DNA from: an uncultured Chryseosolibacter sp.
GTDB lineage: Bacteria; Bacteroidota; Bacteroidia; Cytophagales; Cyclobacteriaceae
NCBI GenBank assembly: GCA_966080355.1
Contig: CBHROW010000001.1
Location: 1-45,713 of the forward strand
Direction of reading: 5' to 3'
DNA length: 45,713 nucleotides
Of this stretch, positions 27,946 through 38,600 are shown piece after piece. The number at the start of each line of letters is the position of its first letter. The first letter of the stretch is position 1. The notes below the pieces were generated by a model, which was not told the origin of the DNA, searched no databases, and was given only the letters and a program-made list of their open reading frames with translations. The position numbers were made by a program, and so were the translations under genes.

Positions 27946-30900
27946 ATGCGTAATCTTTTTTTTATACTGATCTTAAGCTCCCTCACCACAATTACTTCCG
28001 GTCAATCATTCACAGAATTGAATGGACCTTTCGGAGGCAAAGTGACCAACATTGCTTATGACGGTGCGAACAGTAAACTGTACGCTGTTGTTAACCGCCA
28101 ATTATTTGCATCTGCAGATAATGGAGTCAACTGGAATCGCATCATCGTTCCTGCAAACTCGTACGGCATTGACGATGTTGTGCTGGACGGAACAAAACTG
28201 ATTGGACTTTCCACCGCCAAACAGATAATAATGTCAACAGATGGCGGAGTAAACTGGACTGTTCAAAATCCATTTGTGGGTGGGTTCGAGAGCTCGACAT
28301 CTTACTTTAAACTCATCAAGCATCCTGCTACGGGTGTGCTGGTCATTTTAGGCGATGGAAGGATCGAGTTGAGTACCGATAACGGTGCTACGACAAAAAC
28401 AATCCACTCGTACGCATTCGGTGGTGTTTCTCTGGTGCCAGACCTTGATGTTACTCCAAGCGGAGATCTGTTCGCGTGGGATGCTAACGTTGGACTCATA
28501 AAATATCCGCAGCCCGCAACACCTACAGATCCCGCATCGTGGAGTGCGGCAGGTTGGAGTACCGTGTTCCCAAAACCATGGGCAGGAACGGACTATTGGA
28601 CAGACATTGGAGTCACAACAAACAATCGTATTTTATTTAATCACATGAGCGCTGCGGGAAATGAAACGCTCGTAGAACTTTCGGCCGATGGCGGTGCCAC
28701 ATGGCAAGTTCAGACCTTGGGTGCTTCCTACACGGCATCGGAAACAGCATGGGCTGGGTCTCCGAACGGCAAGATGTACTATTTTGTCAATGGCCCTAAC
28801 ACCGTTTGGGAATTCACTGAAGGAGCAGGTACACCGTGGGTCAGTAAGCCGTGGCCTACTGCAACGATCGCTGGAGAAAACGTTCTTTGCGCGGTCTGGA
28901 AAAGCAATACGCAGGCTTTTGCCGGATCAATTAAAGATGGAGTTTTCGCAACCAGTAATGCCGGAAACTCATGGGCAATTTCGTCCACCGGATTGAAGTT
29001 TGGAGAAGGAAATCAGGTTGAGATCACTGCGGATGGGAAGATACTGGTGGTGCTCGGATATCTTCCCGAAGCGTACTGGTATTCTACGGATCAGGGTGTG
29101 ACGTGGATCACACAAAGTTTTCCGTACAGAATTTATAAGCTGTATCGACTTCCCGACAATACTTTGATTATTACAACCGATGCCTCGCGAACATTTACGT
29201 CTACCGATGGGCTCAATTGGACTGAACACGCAAACCCTCCCGGAGTCATGACGATCAAGGAGATCGTGATCGTTGCCAGCAATGATATCTATGCGTTTGG
29301 ATCGGATGGTACGGTATGGGAGTCGTTGGATAAAGGAACTTCGTGGAGTCAGATAACGATCACCGGAGGACCCTCTGCAACCGAATATTTTACTGCAGCA
29401 ACCCGCGATGACGATGGATATTTTTATGCGCATACAAGTGACAATTTAAACGCAACAAAATATTACCGTTTCGATTCCAACGCTTTGCCATGGACTACAT
29501 CGTCATTCAGTGTTGATGCGCAGAACTTCATTCCATTTGCGCTTTTCTCCCTTAACAACAAGATCTATGTGTCGTCCTCGGGGTTGAAAGTAAGTTCGGA
29601 CCGCGGTGCAACATGGACAGTTGTCGATCGGAGCGCTGATGTGGTGATCCCTTTACGGCAAGGCGCACTCACCGGCCTCGCCATTGCACACGAAGGATAT
29701 TTATCAGTCACGCAAACCGAGGGTCAAACATTCATCAATATCCCGATAGCTCAGCCTAAAGGACGAATCACCGACATTTCGTTGAATGCCGCAGGAACAA
29801 AGTATATCGCATCGGCACAAAATTCTCCCGCACTCGAGTTTGCAATCAGCCCAACAAACCGCCTGCTCCTGCCTACTGCTGAAATTCCACAATACATCGA
29901 TTTTAATTGGCAATCGGTAGCCGGTGGACCATTTGGCGGTGATGCTATGAAAGTTGTAAAGTCAGCTTCCGGCCAGTTATTCACGTTCGGTGGAAGCAAG
30001 ATCTATCGTTACAATTCATCTGCCTCGGCTTGGGAATCGATTAGAGATTTTTATGTAAGTGATGCATTCATAGATGTGGTGACTGACAAGATATATTTTG
30101 TCGGAGGTTCTTCAATTCTTGTTACAGCCGATAACGGTGCCACATTTTCAACACTTGATGTTGGAGGCGTAGGTTTGCTGACGATACTTGTCGATGATGT
30201 TGGAAACATCTTTGTCGCGGGAGTCTCGGGCTTTTATCGCTCGACTGACAATGGTGCTTCGTTTGCAAAACTCGACAACGGCATTTACAGCCAACTCGCC
30301 ATGTCTACCAATGGCATTCTGATCACCGTAAAAGACAAAACGATTTTTCGTTCAGCTGACAAGGGAAAAACTTGGTCCGCAGCAACAGGCATCGACCTGG
30401 CAACCGTCAATTTTGTTTCAGGCTTGAATGCACTGGAAGGTGGAAAGCTCACTGCCGTGACAAATAATAATATTTATAAGTCATCAGACGAAGGTTTAAC
30501 ATTTTCTCCTATGCTTGGAGACATTCCCACAGGTCCGTCTTTCAGCATAATCTCCGGAAGCAAAGTTTACCTCAGCCCCACAAATGAGTACTGGTTTGTG
30601 CATGAAAATAATGCTGGGGCCACCATTTATGCCTCGTCAAATGGAGGCAGCAGCTGGACGAAGAAAACTGATATTACTTCGCAGGTCCTTTCTCTTACCT
30701 GGAACGGAACGGACATTTACGCGGGAACTAGCAGTTACTTTCCGTCATTGTTAGGGCAGGGCGTGCTGAAGTCGTCAGACAACGGAGCAACATTCACACC
30801 GTTTCAGGCAAACAAAGGATTTGCGAACAACCGCTTTGACGGCCTCGAACTTTTCAAAACGAAATTGTTCGCGATATCAAATAATGAGTTGTTCGCTTCC

Positions 30901-33627
30901 GCAGATAAGGGAGCAACTTTCACGTCAGTTGCTTCCGTCAGTACGTCAGTAAGTGGCTTGCTCAAGTTGCCAGATGGTTCAATGATTGCATATGGAAAAG
31001 GCATTTACAAAACTGGGGACGGGGTCACCTGGAGCCAGGTAACAGCAAGCGGTGATTTCAAGTTAATAACAGCATCATCCGCTTCCTTGTTTTATGCGTT
31101 CAGCGCTAACTACGAATTTCAATCCTCCACCAACCTTACGACATGGTCAACGCTCGCCATGTCGGGCCTTCCTCAATTCGCGGAGGCAAAAACTATGGTA
31201 AGCGATGCTTCAGGTGTTTTGTATTTTACTACCGCGACCACCCAAGCTTACCAGTTTGCATCTGGCTCGTTAGCAAACTTGCCGCTCCCGCTTGGTAATT
31301 TGAATGGTTTTCTCAGAGTTGGCAACACCATCTTCCTGTATACTTCGAATGGTGTTCTCTACAGCACAACCGATGGATTGACGTGGACTTCGAAACCGGT
31401 TCCGCAAGGAAACAAAATGCTGATCACTGACCTGAATTACTATTTTGTTTCGCAAGGGCAGGGATTGCTTTTGGTTTCGCGCGACCAGGGACTAAACTGG
31501 CAAAGCGTGGGCACTCCAGCACAGACGGTGAATTTTGAATCGATTCTCGTTGACGAGTTCACGGGATTCGCCTACGCGTCTGCTCAAGGAAACGCGGTTC
31601 TGAAAAGTTCTTCCATGGTGTTGCTGAATGACAACCAGGGTGCCACACCGGCCACGCTTTCTCCAGCCAATCTCGCCACAGGCATCCTTCCAACAGCAAC
31701 GCTCTCGATCACATTCAATGAAGCCGTAACTCCGGTTGCCGGAAAAAAGATCAAGATCGTAGAGCCAACCAACACCAGTGCTTTCGTGGAAAGTTTCGAT
31801 GTTGCAACCGGTGTTCAGTCGGGTAAAACTTTCACGTTCACACCTGCGGCAACCTCACTCAAATATTCCAACAACAGTGGAAGCCTTCAATCGTATTACA
31901 TCACGCTCGAGGCAGGAGCTTTTTCAGATCTGTTCGGTAACACAACCATCGCCATTATCAACGATGCGACATGGAAATTCTCCATGGCTGTGACGCCCGA
32001 TGCCACCCCGCCCGCTATCAGCTTCGACAATACGGGACAAAAAAATTACTTGAATATTCAGGATAACAGCAAAGCTGTGCAGGCAACCATCACCGACAAT
32101 ATTGGTGTAACGCAAGCTCAGATTTTTTATCGCGCTATAACTTCCAATGCGGCATTTACTACTTCGTCACTCACAAAAACCAGTGGTAACCTCTTCGAAT
32201 TTGCCGTTCCATCAAGTGCTTACGGACCGATCGGTCTTGAGTTTTACCTCACCGCTGCTGACGCTGTTGGCAATACCACGCGCAGCCCGGCAAGTGGTGT
32301 CTATTATGCATACAAAAAAGTAGATGCAGCAAAACCAACACTGGGTTTCGCATTACCTGCAGGAACACAGCAAGAACATTATCGAATCATCTCTAATCCT
32401 TATGCTTCATCAAACAATACGGTTGAGGCAGTTCTGGAGCCGGCATTGAGCCAACATGATTCGAAGATCTGGCGTTTGCTTACGCTCGATACGGAAGATC
32501 AATCGTGGATGGAGTATCCGAAAGACTTTACATCGATCGAATCCGGAGTTGGATACTGGATGATTTATAAGAACGGTGGCGCAATTTCCCTCGGAGTGGA
32601 GACGACACCGCTTGTCACAAAGACAACACCTGCATCTCTTGTATTGAAACCCCAATGGAATCAAATCGGGAATCCTTATCCATTCACTATGGCATGGAGC
32701 GAGGTGCTCGCGGCCAATAACAATCCTTCTGGGATCGGAACTCCGAAAATTTTCAATGGAAGTGGCTATGTTACCAGCGATAACATTCAAGCCACCGAAG
32801 GCGCATTTGTTTATAACAGTGGCGGAGCCGATGTCACACTCACAATTCCGCTGGTGACATCCACTTCGGGCGGCAGACTTAAACAATCGATCTCATCCGA
32901 TCTTGGTCAATCCGAATGGATCGTTCCGGTTTCATTGAAGAGCCATTCGCTCCAAACCGATATCGGAGGAGTAGGTATGAGCGAAAAGGCAAACGTATCG
33001 ATCGATGACCTGGATGATTTCAATCCGCCTCCATTCCATCACTTTTTGCAAATGGCGTTTCCGCATCCTGAACACCGCGCCAGATTCACGGCTCAGGATG
33101 TAGTTGACCCGCGCAAAAACTATGTTTGGAACTTCACCGTCAATACAGACGTGACAGAAGCAATTGAGCTTAGCTGGAACAACGAAGCACTTGGAGATAA
33201 TTCAAATGAGCTTTATCTCTTCGATGTTGCGCTTCAAACACCGGTGAACATGCGCGAGGGTGCTCGGTACGTTTTCGACCCGAAGGTTTCTGCTTCGTTT
33301 AGAATTTATTTTGGGGAAAATGTCGAAGAACAGATCCAACCTGATTTCATTCTGTTGGGCAATGCTTATCCAAACCCAAGCGCGGGATTGACTACGATTC
33401 CATTCGCTTTACCCGATGACAATAGCTCTTATAAAGTGATGCTGGAGATGTTCGATATGCTCGGCAATAAAGTATCGACACTTCACGAGGGAGAAACGCT
33501 TCCCGGATTTCATTCCATTTCATGGGATGCAGAAAATGTCAACGATGGAATTTACCTGTACAGACTTCAGGTGTCAGCTCCTCATGGACAGTCACTGCAG
33601 ACGAAAAAAATTGTTCTCAAACGATGA
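27946..33627 (+). CDS. Giant T9SS-secreted BNR/Asp-box beta-propeller protein with an Ig-like stalk (B1)
   Basis: Signal peptide TSG|Q, many SxDxGxTW/F repeats to about aa 1228, SbsA-like Ig domain (SPAN..ITFNEAV), type A T9SS CTD (YPNP..FDMLG..GIYLYRL..KKIV). Confidence 0.88.
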   Translation: MRNLFFILILSSLTTITSGQSFTELNGPFGGKVTNIAYDGANSKLYAVVNRQLFASADNGVNWNRIIVPANSYGIDDVVLDGTKLIGLSTAKQIIMSTDGGVNWTVQNPFVGGFESSTSYFKLIKHPATGVLVILGDGRIELSTDNGATTKTIHSYAFGGVSLVPDLDVTPSGDLFAWDANVGLIKYPQPATPTDPASWSAAGWSTVFPKPWAGTDYWTDIGVTTNNRILFNHMSAAGNETLVELSADGGATWQVQTLGASYTASETAWAGSPNGKMYYFVNGPNTVWEFTEGAGTPWVSKPWPTATIAGENVLCAVWKSNTQAFAGSIKDGVFATSNAGNSWAISSTGLKFGEGNQVEITADGKILVVLGYLPEAYWYSTDQGVTWITQSFPYRIYKLYRLPDNTLIITTDASRTFTSTDGLNWTEHANPPGVMTIKEIVIVASNDIYAFGSDGTVWESLDKGTSWSQITITGGPSATEYFTAATRDDDGYFYAHTSDNLNATKYYRFDSNALPWTTSSFSVDAQNFIPFALFSLNNKIYVSSSGLKVSSDRGATWTVVDRSADVVIPLRQGALTGLAIAHEGYLSVTQTEGQTFINIPIAQPKGRITDISLNAAGTKYIASAQNSPALEFAISPTNRLLLPTAEIPQYIDFNWQSVAGGPFGGDAMKVVKSASGQLFTFGGSKIYRYNSSASAWESIRDFYVSDAFIDVVTDKIYFVGGSSILVTADNGATFSTLDVGGVGLLTILVDDVGNIFVAGVSGFYRSTDNGASFAKLDNGIYSQLAMSTNGILITVKDKTIFRSADKGKTWSAATGIDLATVNFVSGLNALEGGKLTAVTNNNIYKSSDEGLTFSPMLGDIPTGPSFSIISGSKVYLSPTNEYWFVHENNAGATIYASSNGGSSWTKKTDITSQVLSLTWNGTDIYAGTSSYFPSLLGQGVLKSSDNGATFTPFQANKGFANNRFDGLELFKTKLFAISNNELFASADKGATFTSVASVSTSVSGLLKLPDGSMIAYGKGIYKTGDGVTWSQVTASGDFKLITASSASLFYAFSANYEFQSSTNLTTWSTLAMSGLPQFAEAKTMVSDASGVLYFTTATTQAYQFASGSLANLPLPLGNLNGFLRVGNTIFLYTSNGVLYSTTDGLTWTSKPVPQGNKMLITDLNYYFVSQGQGLLLVSRDQGLNWQSVGTPAQTVNFESILVDEFTGFAYASAQGNAVLKSSSMVLLNDNQGATPATLSPANLATGILPTATLSITFNEAVTPVAGKKIKIVEPTNTSAFVESFDVATGVQSGKTFTFTPAATSLKYSNNSGSLQSYYITLEAGAFSDLFGNTTIAIINDATWKFSMAVTPDATPPAISFDNTGQKNYLNIQDNSKAVQATITDNIGVTQAQIFYRAITSNAAFTTSSLTKTSGNLFEFAVPSSAYGPIGLEFYLTAADAVGNTTRSPASGVYYAYKKVDAAKPTLGFALPAGTQQEHYRIISNPYASSNNTVEAVLEPALSQHDSKIWRLLTLDTEDQSWMEYPKDFTSIESGVGYWMIYKNGGAISLGVETTPLVTKTTPASLVLKPQWNQIGNPYPFTMAWSEVLAANNNPSGIGTPKIFNGSGYVTSDNIQATEGAFVYNSGGADVTLTIPLVTSTSGGRLKQSISSDLGQSEWIVPVSLKSHSLQTDIGGVGMSEKANVSIDDLDDFNPPPFHHFLQMAFPHPEHRARFTAQDVVDPRKNYVWNFTVNTDVTEAIELSWNNEALGDNSNELYLFDVALQTPVNMREGARYVFDPKVSASFRIYFGENVEEQIQPDFILLGNAYPNPSAGLTTIPFALPDDNSSYKVMLEMFDMLGNKVSTLHEGETLPGFHSISWDAENVNDGIYLYRLQVSAPHGQSLQTKKIVLKR

Positions 33628-33661
33628 TTTAAAAAATACTGGTTCATAAAAAATATTTGCA

Positions 33662-34849
33662 ATGACTACCAAGCATGTATCAATCTTTCTCACCGCCCTT
33701 GCATTCTCCGGCTCGGTTGCAGCTCAGAATGTAAGTAGCCGCACCGAAAAGTTTGAAATCAGCACGAAAAATCCTGTCGTGTCTACAGTACCCATCGTGA
33801 ACTGGATGACGCCAATTCCCGAGATCAGCTATTCCGCTGAGGCGCGTTACAAGATCAAGTTCGTGGTGGAGACTACAACTCCGATCAAAGGCATCACCGT
33901 CACTATCCGCGAATCGCTGCTGACAGCGCCAAGAGGAAGTATGACTGTAAAACCTGACGAAGCACAAAAGCTTTATACCGTGGTCGATAAAACAATCAAC
34001 CTCATGGACGGTGAAAATATCATCGAGGTTGTTGTCGAGAATGCGGAAGGGGTGAAGACGAAAAGTTACAGACGTGTTCGTGTAGGTACGCTTGCATTAG
34101 CCGATGCAAACCGCATAGAGCGTGATGACTATGCGCTGATCTTCGCCACCGATCAATATGACAACTGGAACGACCTGGTAAACCCGGTGTTCGACTCCCG
34201 CGCAATTGCTGAGGAGCTTCAAAAAACATACGGCTTCAAAGCAGACATCGTGGAGAACCCGACACAAGACGATATTCTCAGAAAGCTTCGCGAGTATGCG
34301 GAGAAAAAGTATAAGCCGCTGGATCAGCTCTTCATTTTCTTTGCAGGTCACGGAACTTATGACCAGACCTTTGGAGAAGGTTTCGTGGTGACCAAAGAAT
34401 CGATCGCCAATGATGAAGGAAAAACTTCTTACCTCTCTCACAACCGCCTTCGTTCCATCATCAACAACATTCCCAGCGAACATATCTTTCTGGTGATGGA
34501 CGTCTGTTTCGGAGGGACATTTGACGAAGCACTCGCCTCGACACGCGGAGCCGATGACGATGTTTACAAAGAGCAGAATCAAAACGAATTCATTGCGCGG
34601 AAGCTTACGCTCAAGACAAGACGGTATCTCACTTCGGGAGGTAAAACGTATGTATCCGATGGCATACCAGGCAAGCATTCACCCTTTGCTAAGAGTTTCA
34701 TCGATGCATTACAGTCGCAAGGGGGGCGAGATGGAATTCTTACTATCTCGGAGATCTACGGCTACGTTGAAAAGTTGAAGAACCCTCCGCGCCTTGGAGA
34801 TTTTGGAGGCAACCTTCCCGGAAGCGATTTTCTGTTTGTCAGAAAGTAA
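33662..34849 (+). CDS. Caspase-family (peptidase C14) protease with a signal peptide and an N-terminal Ig-like domain
   Basis: YALIF...Y..W..L.NPV.D, FFAGHG (H230), VMDVCFGG (C282), LTSGG...VSDG..HSPFA; signal peptide VAA|Q; L.DGEN.I.V Ig-like pattern. Confidence 0.9.
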   Translation: MTTKHVSIFLTALAFSGSVAAQNVSSRTEKFEISTKNPVVSTVPIVNWMTPIPEISYSAEARYKIKFVVETTTPIKGITVTIRESLLTAPRGSMTVKPDEAQKLYTVVDKTINLMDGENIIEVVVENAEGVKTKSYRRVRVGTLALADANRIERDDYALIFATDQYDNWNDLVNPVFDSRAIAEELQKTYGFKADIVENPTQDDILRKLREYAEKKYKPLDQLFIFFAGHGTYDQTFGEGFVVTKESIANDEGKTSYLSHNRLRSIINNIPSEHIFLVMDVCFGGTFDEALASTRGADDDVYKEQNQNEFIARKLTLKTRRYLTSGGKTYVSDGIPGKHSPFAKSFIDALQSQGGRDGILTISEIYGYVEKLKNPPRLGDFGGNLPGSDFLFVRK

Positions 34850-34922
34850 TCCGGAGGGAACTGGTGATTTTTCGCTGATGCCCGATTGAAAATTTTAAAC
34901 CTCTATTCTTAACCCAGACGAT

Positions 34923-35654
34923 ATGTTGCGACTGACTTTAACTTGTGTGATGCTGGTTCCCCTTGTTGCCACTGCGCAAAAAGTGCAGATCAAAAAGGTG
35001 GAGCTTGCAAAAGAAAAGATCATCGTTCATTACGACCTCGATGATTCCAACCCAAACAACGAATATCAACTCAATCTCTACGCTTCCAAAGATAATTTCA
35101 CGGTGCCGATGACCAAAGTAAAAGGTGATGTGGGCAATGAGATCAAGCCTGGCACAGGAAAAAAAATTGAATGGAATATCAACGAAGAGTTCAGTGAGTT
35201 TAACGGAGACTTGGCGCTTGAAGTACGCGGCAGGGTGTTTGTGATGTTCGCGAAGCTCCAGGGATTCGACACCGATAAAAGTTATAAGCGCGGTAAGACT
35301 TATCCACTGAACTGGAAACCCGGAAATACAAATCCCATTCACATTGAATTATTCAAAGGCAGCGAGCGCATTGTGGGGGAGTTGAATCATCCGAACAATG
35401 GAAGCTATTTGTTAACGATGCCTTCACACGCAAAACCCGGAGATGATTACCGCATTCGCATCACCGATTCAAAAAGACCGGATGAATCTATTTACACTGG
35501 ATTTTTTGCCATCAAGCCTCGTGTTCCGCTATTGCTCAAGACAGTGGGCGGTGCCGCTGTCGTAGGCGGAATTGTTTTTCTTGGCACTACGCTTTCCGGT
35601 TCGAAAGACGGTGGCAGCCAGCCTGATCCTCCAGCGCTTCCTTCTGATCAATAA
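34923..35654 (+). CDS. Paralog of 27191-27922 (partner A2)
   Basis: Same length (243 aa); mature parts align without gaps at 200/225 identities by manual count. Confidence 0.87.
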   Translation: MLRLTLTCVMLVPLVATAQKVQIKKVELAKEKIIVHYDLDDSNPNNEYQLNLYASKDNFTVPMTKVKGDVGNEIKPGTGKKIEWNINEEFSEFNGDLALEVRGRVFVMFAKLQGFDTDKSYKRGKTYPLNWKPGNTNPIHIELFKGSERIVGELNHPNNGSYLLTMPSHAKPGDDYRIRITDSKRPDESIYTGFFAIKPRVPLLLKTVGGAAVVGGIVFLGTTLSGSKDGGSQPDPPALPSDQ

Positions 35655-35662
35655 TAGTCGTC

Positions 35663-38600
35663 ATGAAAAATACGATGATGAAAAAAAATATGACCACGAT
35701 TGCACTCGTGCTTTTCACGTTTGCTTCTTTGGCTCAAACCTTCAAACAATTGGAAGGTCCATTTGGCGGAAACATTTCGAACTTATTTTTCGATGGTGCA
35801 AAATCGAAACTGTATGCTGTGGCTAACAACAAGGTTGCCTATTCATCAGACAATGGCGTGAACTGGACACTGATTACGCCTCCCGAAGGATACAAATATG
35901 TGTATGACGCATTTTTTGATGGGAACAAACTGCTCATAGCTACTGGAAACATACTCGCGTCAACCACAGACAATGGCGGCACGTGGACTATCGTCAATTC
36001 CAAATTGAATTTCAATGACGCCATTCGAAGGATCTATAAAATGCCCGGAACAGGAATGTATCTTCTGATGGGCGACCTCAAGATGCAGATCAGTGTTGAC
36101 GCAGGTGTGACATGGAAACAATTGCTCTCGTTCAATTACTACGACATCACCGACATCGACTTCACTTCAGCAGGCGACATCCTGATAGGTGATAAGACGA
36201 AGGGTATCCGCAAGTATACTTTCCCATCAAATCCCACCGATCTCGCTTCATGGAATGAAAACAATTGGGTAACAATTTTTCCAAAAGCGGTTGATCAGAA
36301 CGACTTCAGACTGGAGATGGCATTGACTTCGGCCGATAGGATCTTCATGTCTTATTCATCTCCGACAGCGCTCAGCTTCCAGTCCTCAACTGATGGAGGC
36401 GCTACGTGGCAACCGATTTCCAGCGATGGTATTTCCCCGTCAGTTTATATCGAACCCTTGCTCGCAGTTTCTCCAACCGGAAAATTATGGCTTTTAAATC
36501 CCTACAGTAATAACAACCAGACACCGCGCGGCCTTTGGGAATTTACAGAAGGCGCACCAACACCATGGGCTTCAAAACCCTGGCCGACAACTACAATCAC
36601 TGATCAGCCTGTCAATGCCATCGTGTGGAAGACCAATACGCAAGTTTTTGCGGGAGCCAGCATAGATGGGATATTTGCATCAAGTAATTCGGGCAACTCG
36701 TGGTCGGTGGCTTCGACCGGGTTGAAGTTCGGTGATGGTCGTCAGGTTGAAGTAACTGCAGATGGGAAGATCGTTCTCGTTCAAGGTTACAGACCGAGTG
36801 TATACTGGTATTCTACAAACCAGGGCCTCACGTGGAGCACACAATCTGTGGGATATCCGATCGCAAAACTTTATCGCTTGCCTGACAACACGTTGATCAT
36901 GGTTGCCGGAGGATTTATCCATACGTCTTCAGACGGACTGAATTGGACTTCTTACACCAGCAATTCTATCGTGTTCAATGAGCTGAGCATCGTTGCATCA
37001 AACGACATTTATGGTTTTGCGGAAGATGCTACGATCTGGGAGTCGCTGGATAAAGGCGCAACGTGGACACAAATTCCCACCACAGGCTATCCGACCGGAT
37101 TTACAATCGAAAATATTGTGGCGCGCGATGATGACGGATATTTTTATGTGAACCGAACTAACCATGCCGGCTCAGCAAGGGAATTTTGGAAGCTTGATTC
37201 GAATGTTTCGCCATGGACTGCAACACAGTTCCATTTAGATTCTGAAGATGGCCGATATCCGGAGACGATGTTCTGCCTGAACAACAAAATTTACATCACA
37301 TATAAAAGTCATCTCAACATCAGCACTGACAAAGGCGCAACGTGGAAGGATACGAACATCTTTACTTTGGGTGCAATTGCGTTGCGACAACCAGGGGGCT
37401 TGACAGCGATCGCAGTTCCATCGCCAGGAACATTTTCGGTAACGCAGGATGACGGCAAAACTTTCACATCCATCCCCATGAGCGAAAATTTTGCTTATGT
37501 GACCGACATGACGTTGAGTGCTGATGGAACAAAATATATTGCATCAGCTACGGGATCGCCTGCATTAGAGTTCGCGATCTCGGCAACCAACAAACTCATC
37601 TATCCACCATCTGAAGCCCCGGAATACATCGACTTCGGATGGCAGGAAGTTGAAGGCGGCCCATTTGGCGGAGAACTTACCCACATGGTGAAAAGCCCGG
37701 GTGGACAATTGTTTGTGGCCGGACAATACAATGTGTTCCGATATAACGACAGCGCAGCAAAATGGGAAAAGCTAACGAAGCAATTTCGTGGCGTGGATGT
37801 GCTGGTTGATAATGCCGGCACGCTCTTCATATTATCTGACGTTGCCGTGTATCGCTCTACTGACAATGGCGATACGTTTGTTGAGCGGCCTTTGCAGCCG
37901 TCAGGAACTATCGAGAGCTATTATGGAAGGATCATTAAGAACGATGTGGGTGACTTACTCATCACAACGCCATATGCAGGTATTTTACGGTCGACTGACA
38001 ACGGTGACACCTACGCAACAGTTACCGGAGCGACAGGAGTGTATACCGATATTACCGTCTCAACTTCCGGAATTTTGTTGGCGAGCAATGAAACAACGCT
38101 GATCAGCTCAACTGATAAAGGCGCAACCTGGACACCTGTGACTTTCACGGGCTCTGGAACTATAAATTCGATCGCTGCACTGGAAGGAGGTCGATTGGCT
38201 GTGGTCACGAAGAATGATGTCATGATGTCATCGGATGACGGCAACACTTGGACTTCCATAAAAGGAGATTTTCCGCTGCCTCAGGATTTTTCCTTCAATC
38301 TGAGCAGCAAACTTTTTTTGTCTCCAAATAACGAGTACTGGTTTGCCCACGCAACGTATGTCGATAATTCAATTTACGTAAGCACCAACCACGGACAAAA
38401 TTGGGTAAAGCGCGGAGTATATAAATCTTCGATATCCGCTATGGTGTGGAACGGATCTACCGCTATCGCATCACATGGTGCCACTCGCTTCGGTCCACCA
38501 TCGGTTTCACAGTCGACAGACAACGGAGCTACATTTGTTGATTTTCAGCAGAAAGGTATTTCAAACCTCTACTACAGCTCGTTCACTCAATTCAGAAATA

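Noticed and set aside
27191-35654. Partner A as a bacterial gasdermin
   Set aside because: The size and the caspase neighbour are suggestive, but A has a signal peptide, Ig-like patterns and a hydrophobic tail, and lacks the conserved N-terminal palmitoylated Cys of cytoplasmic gasdermins.
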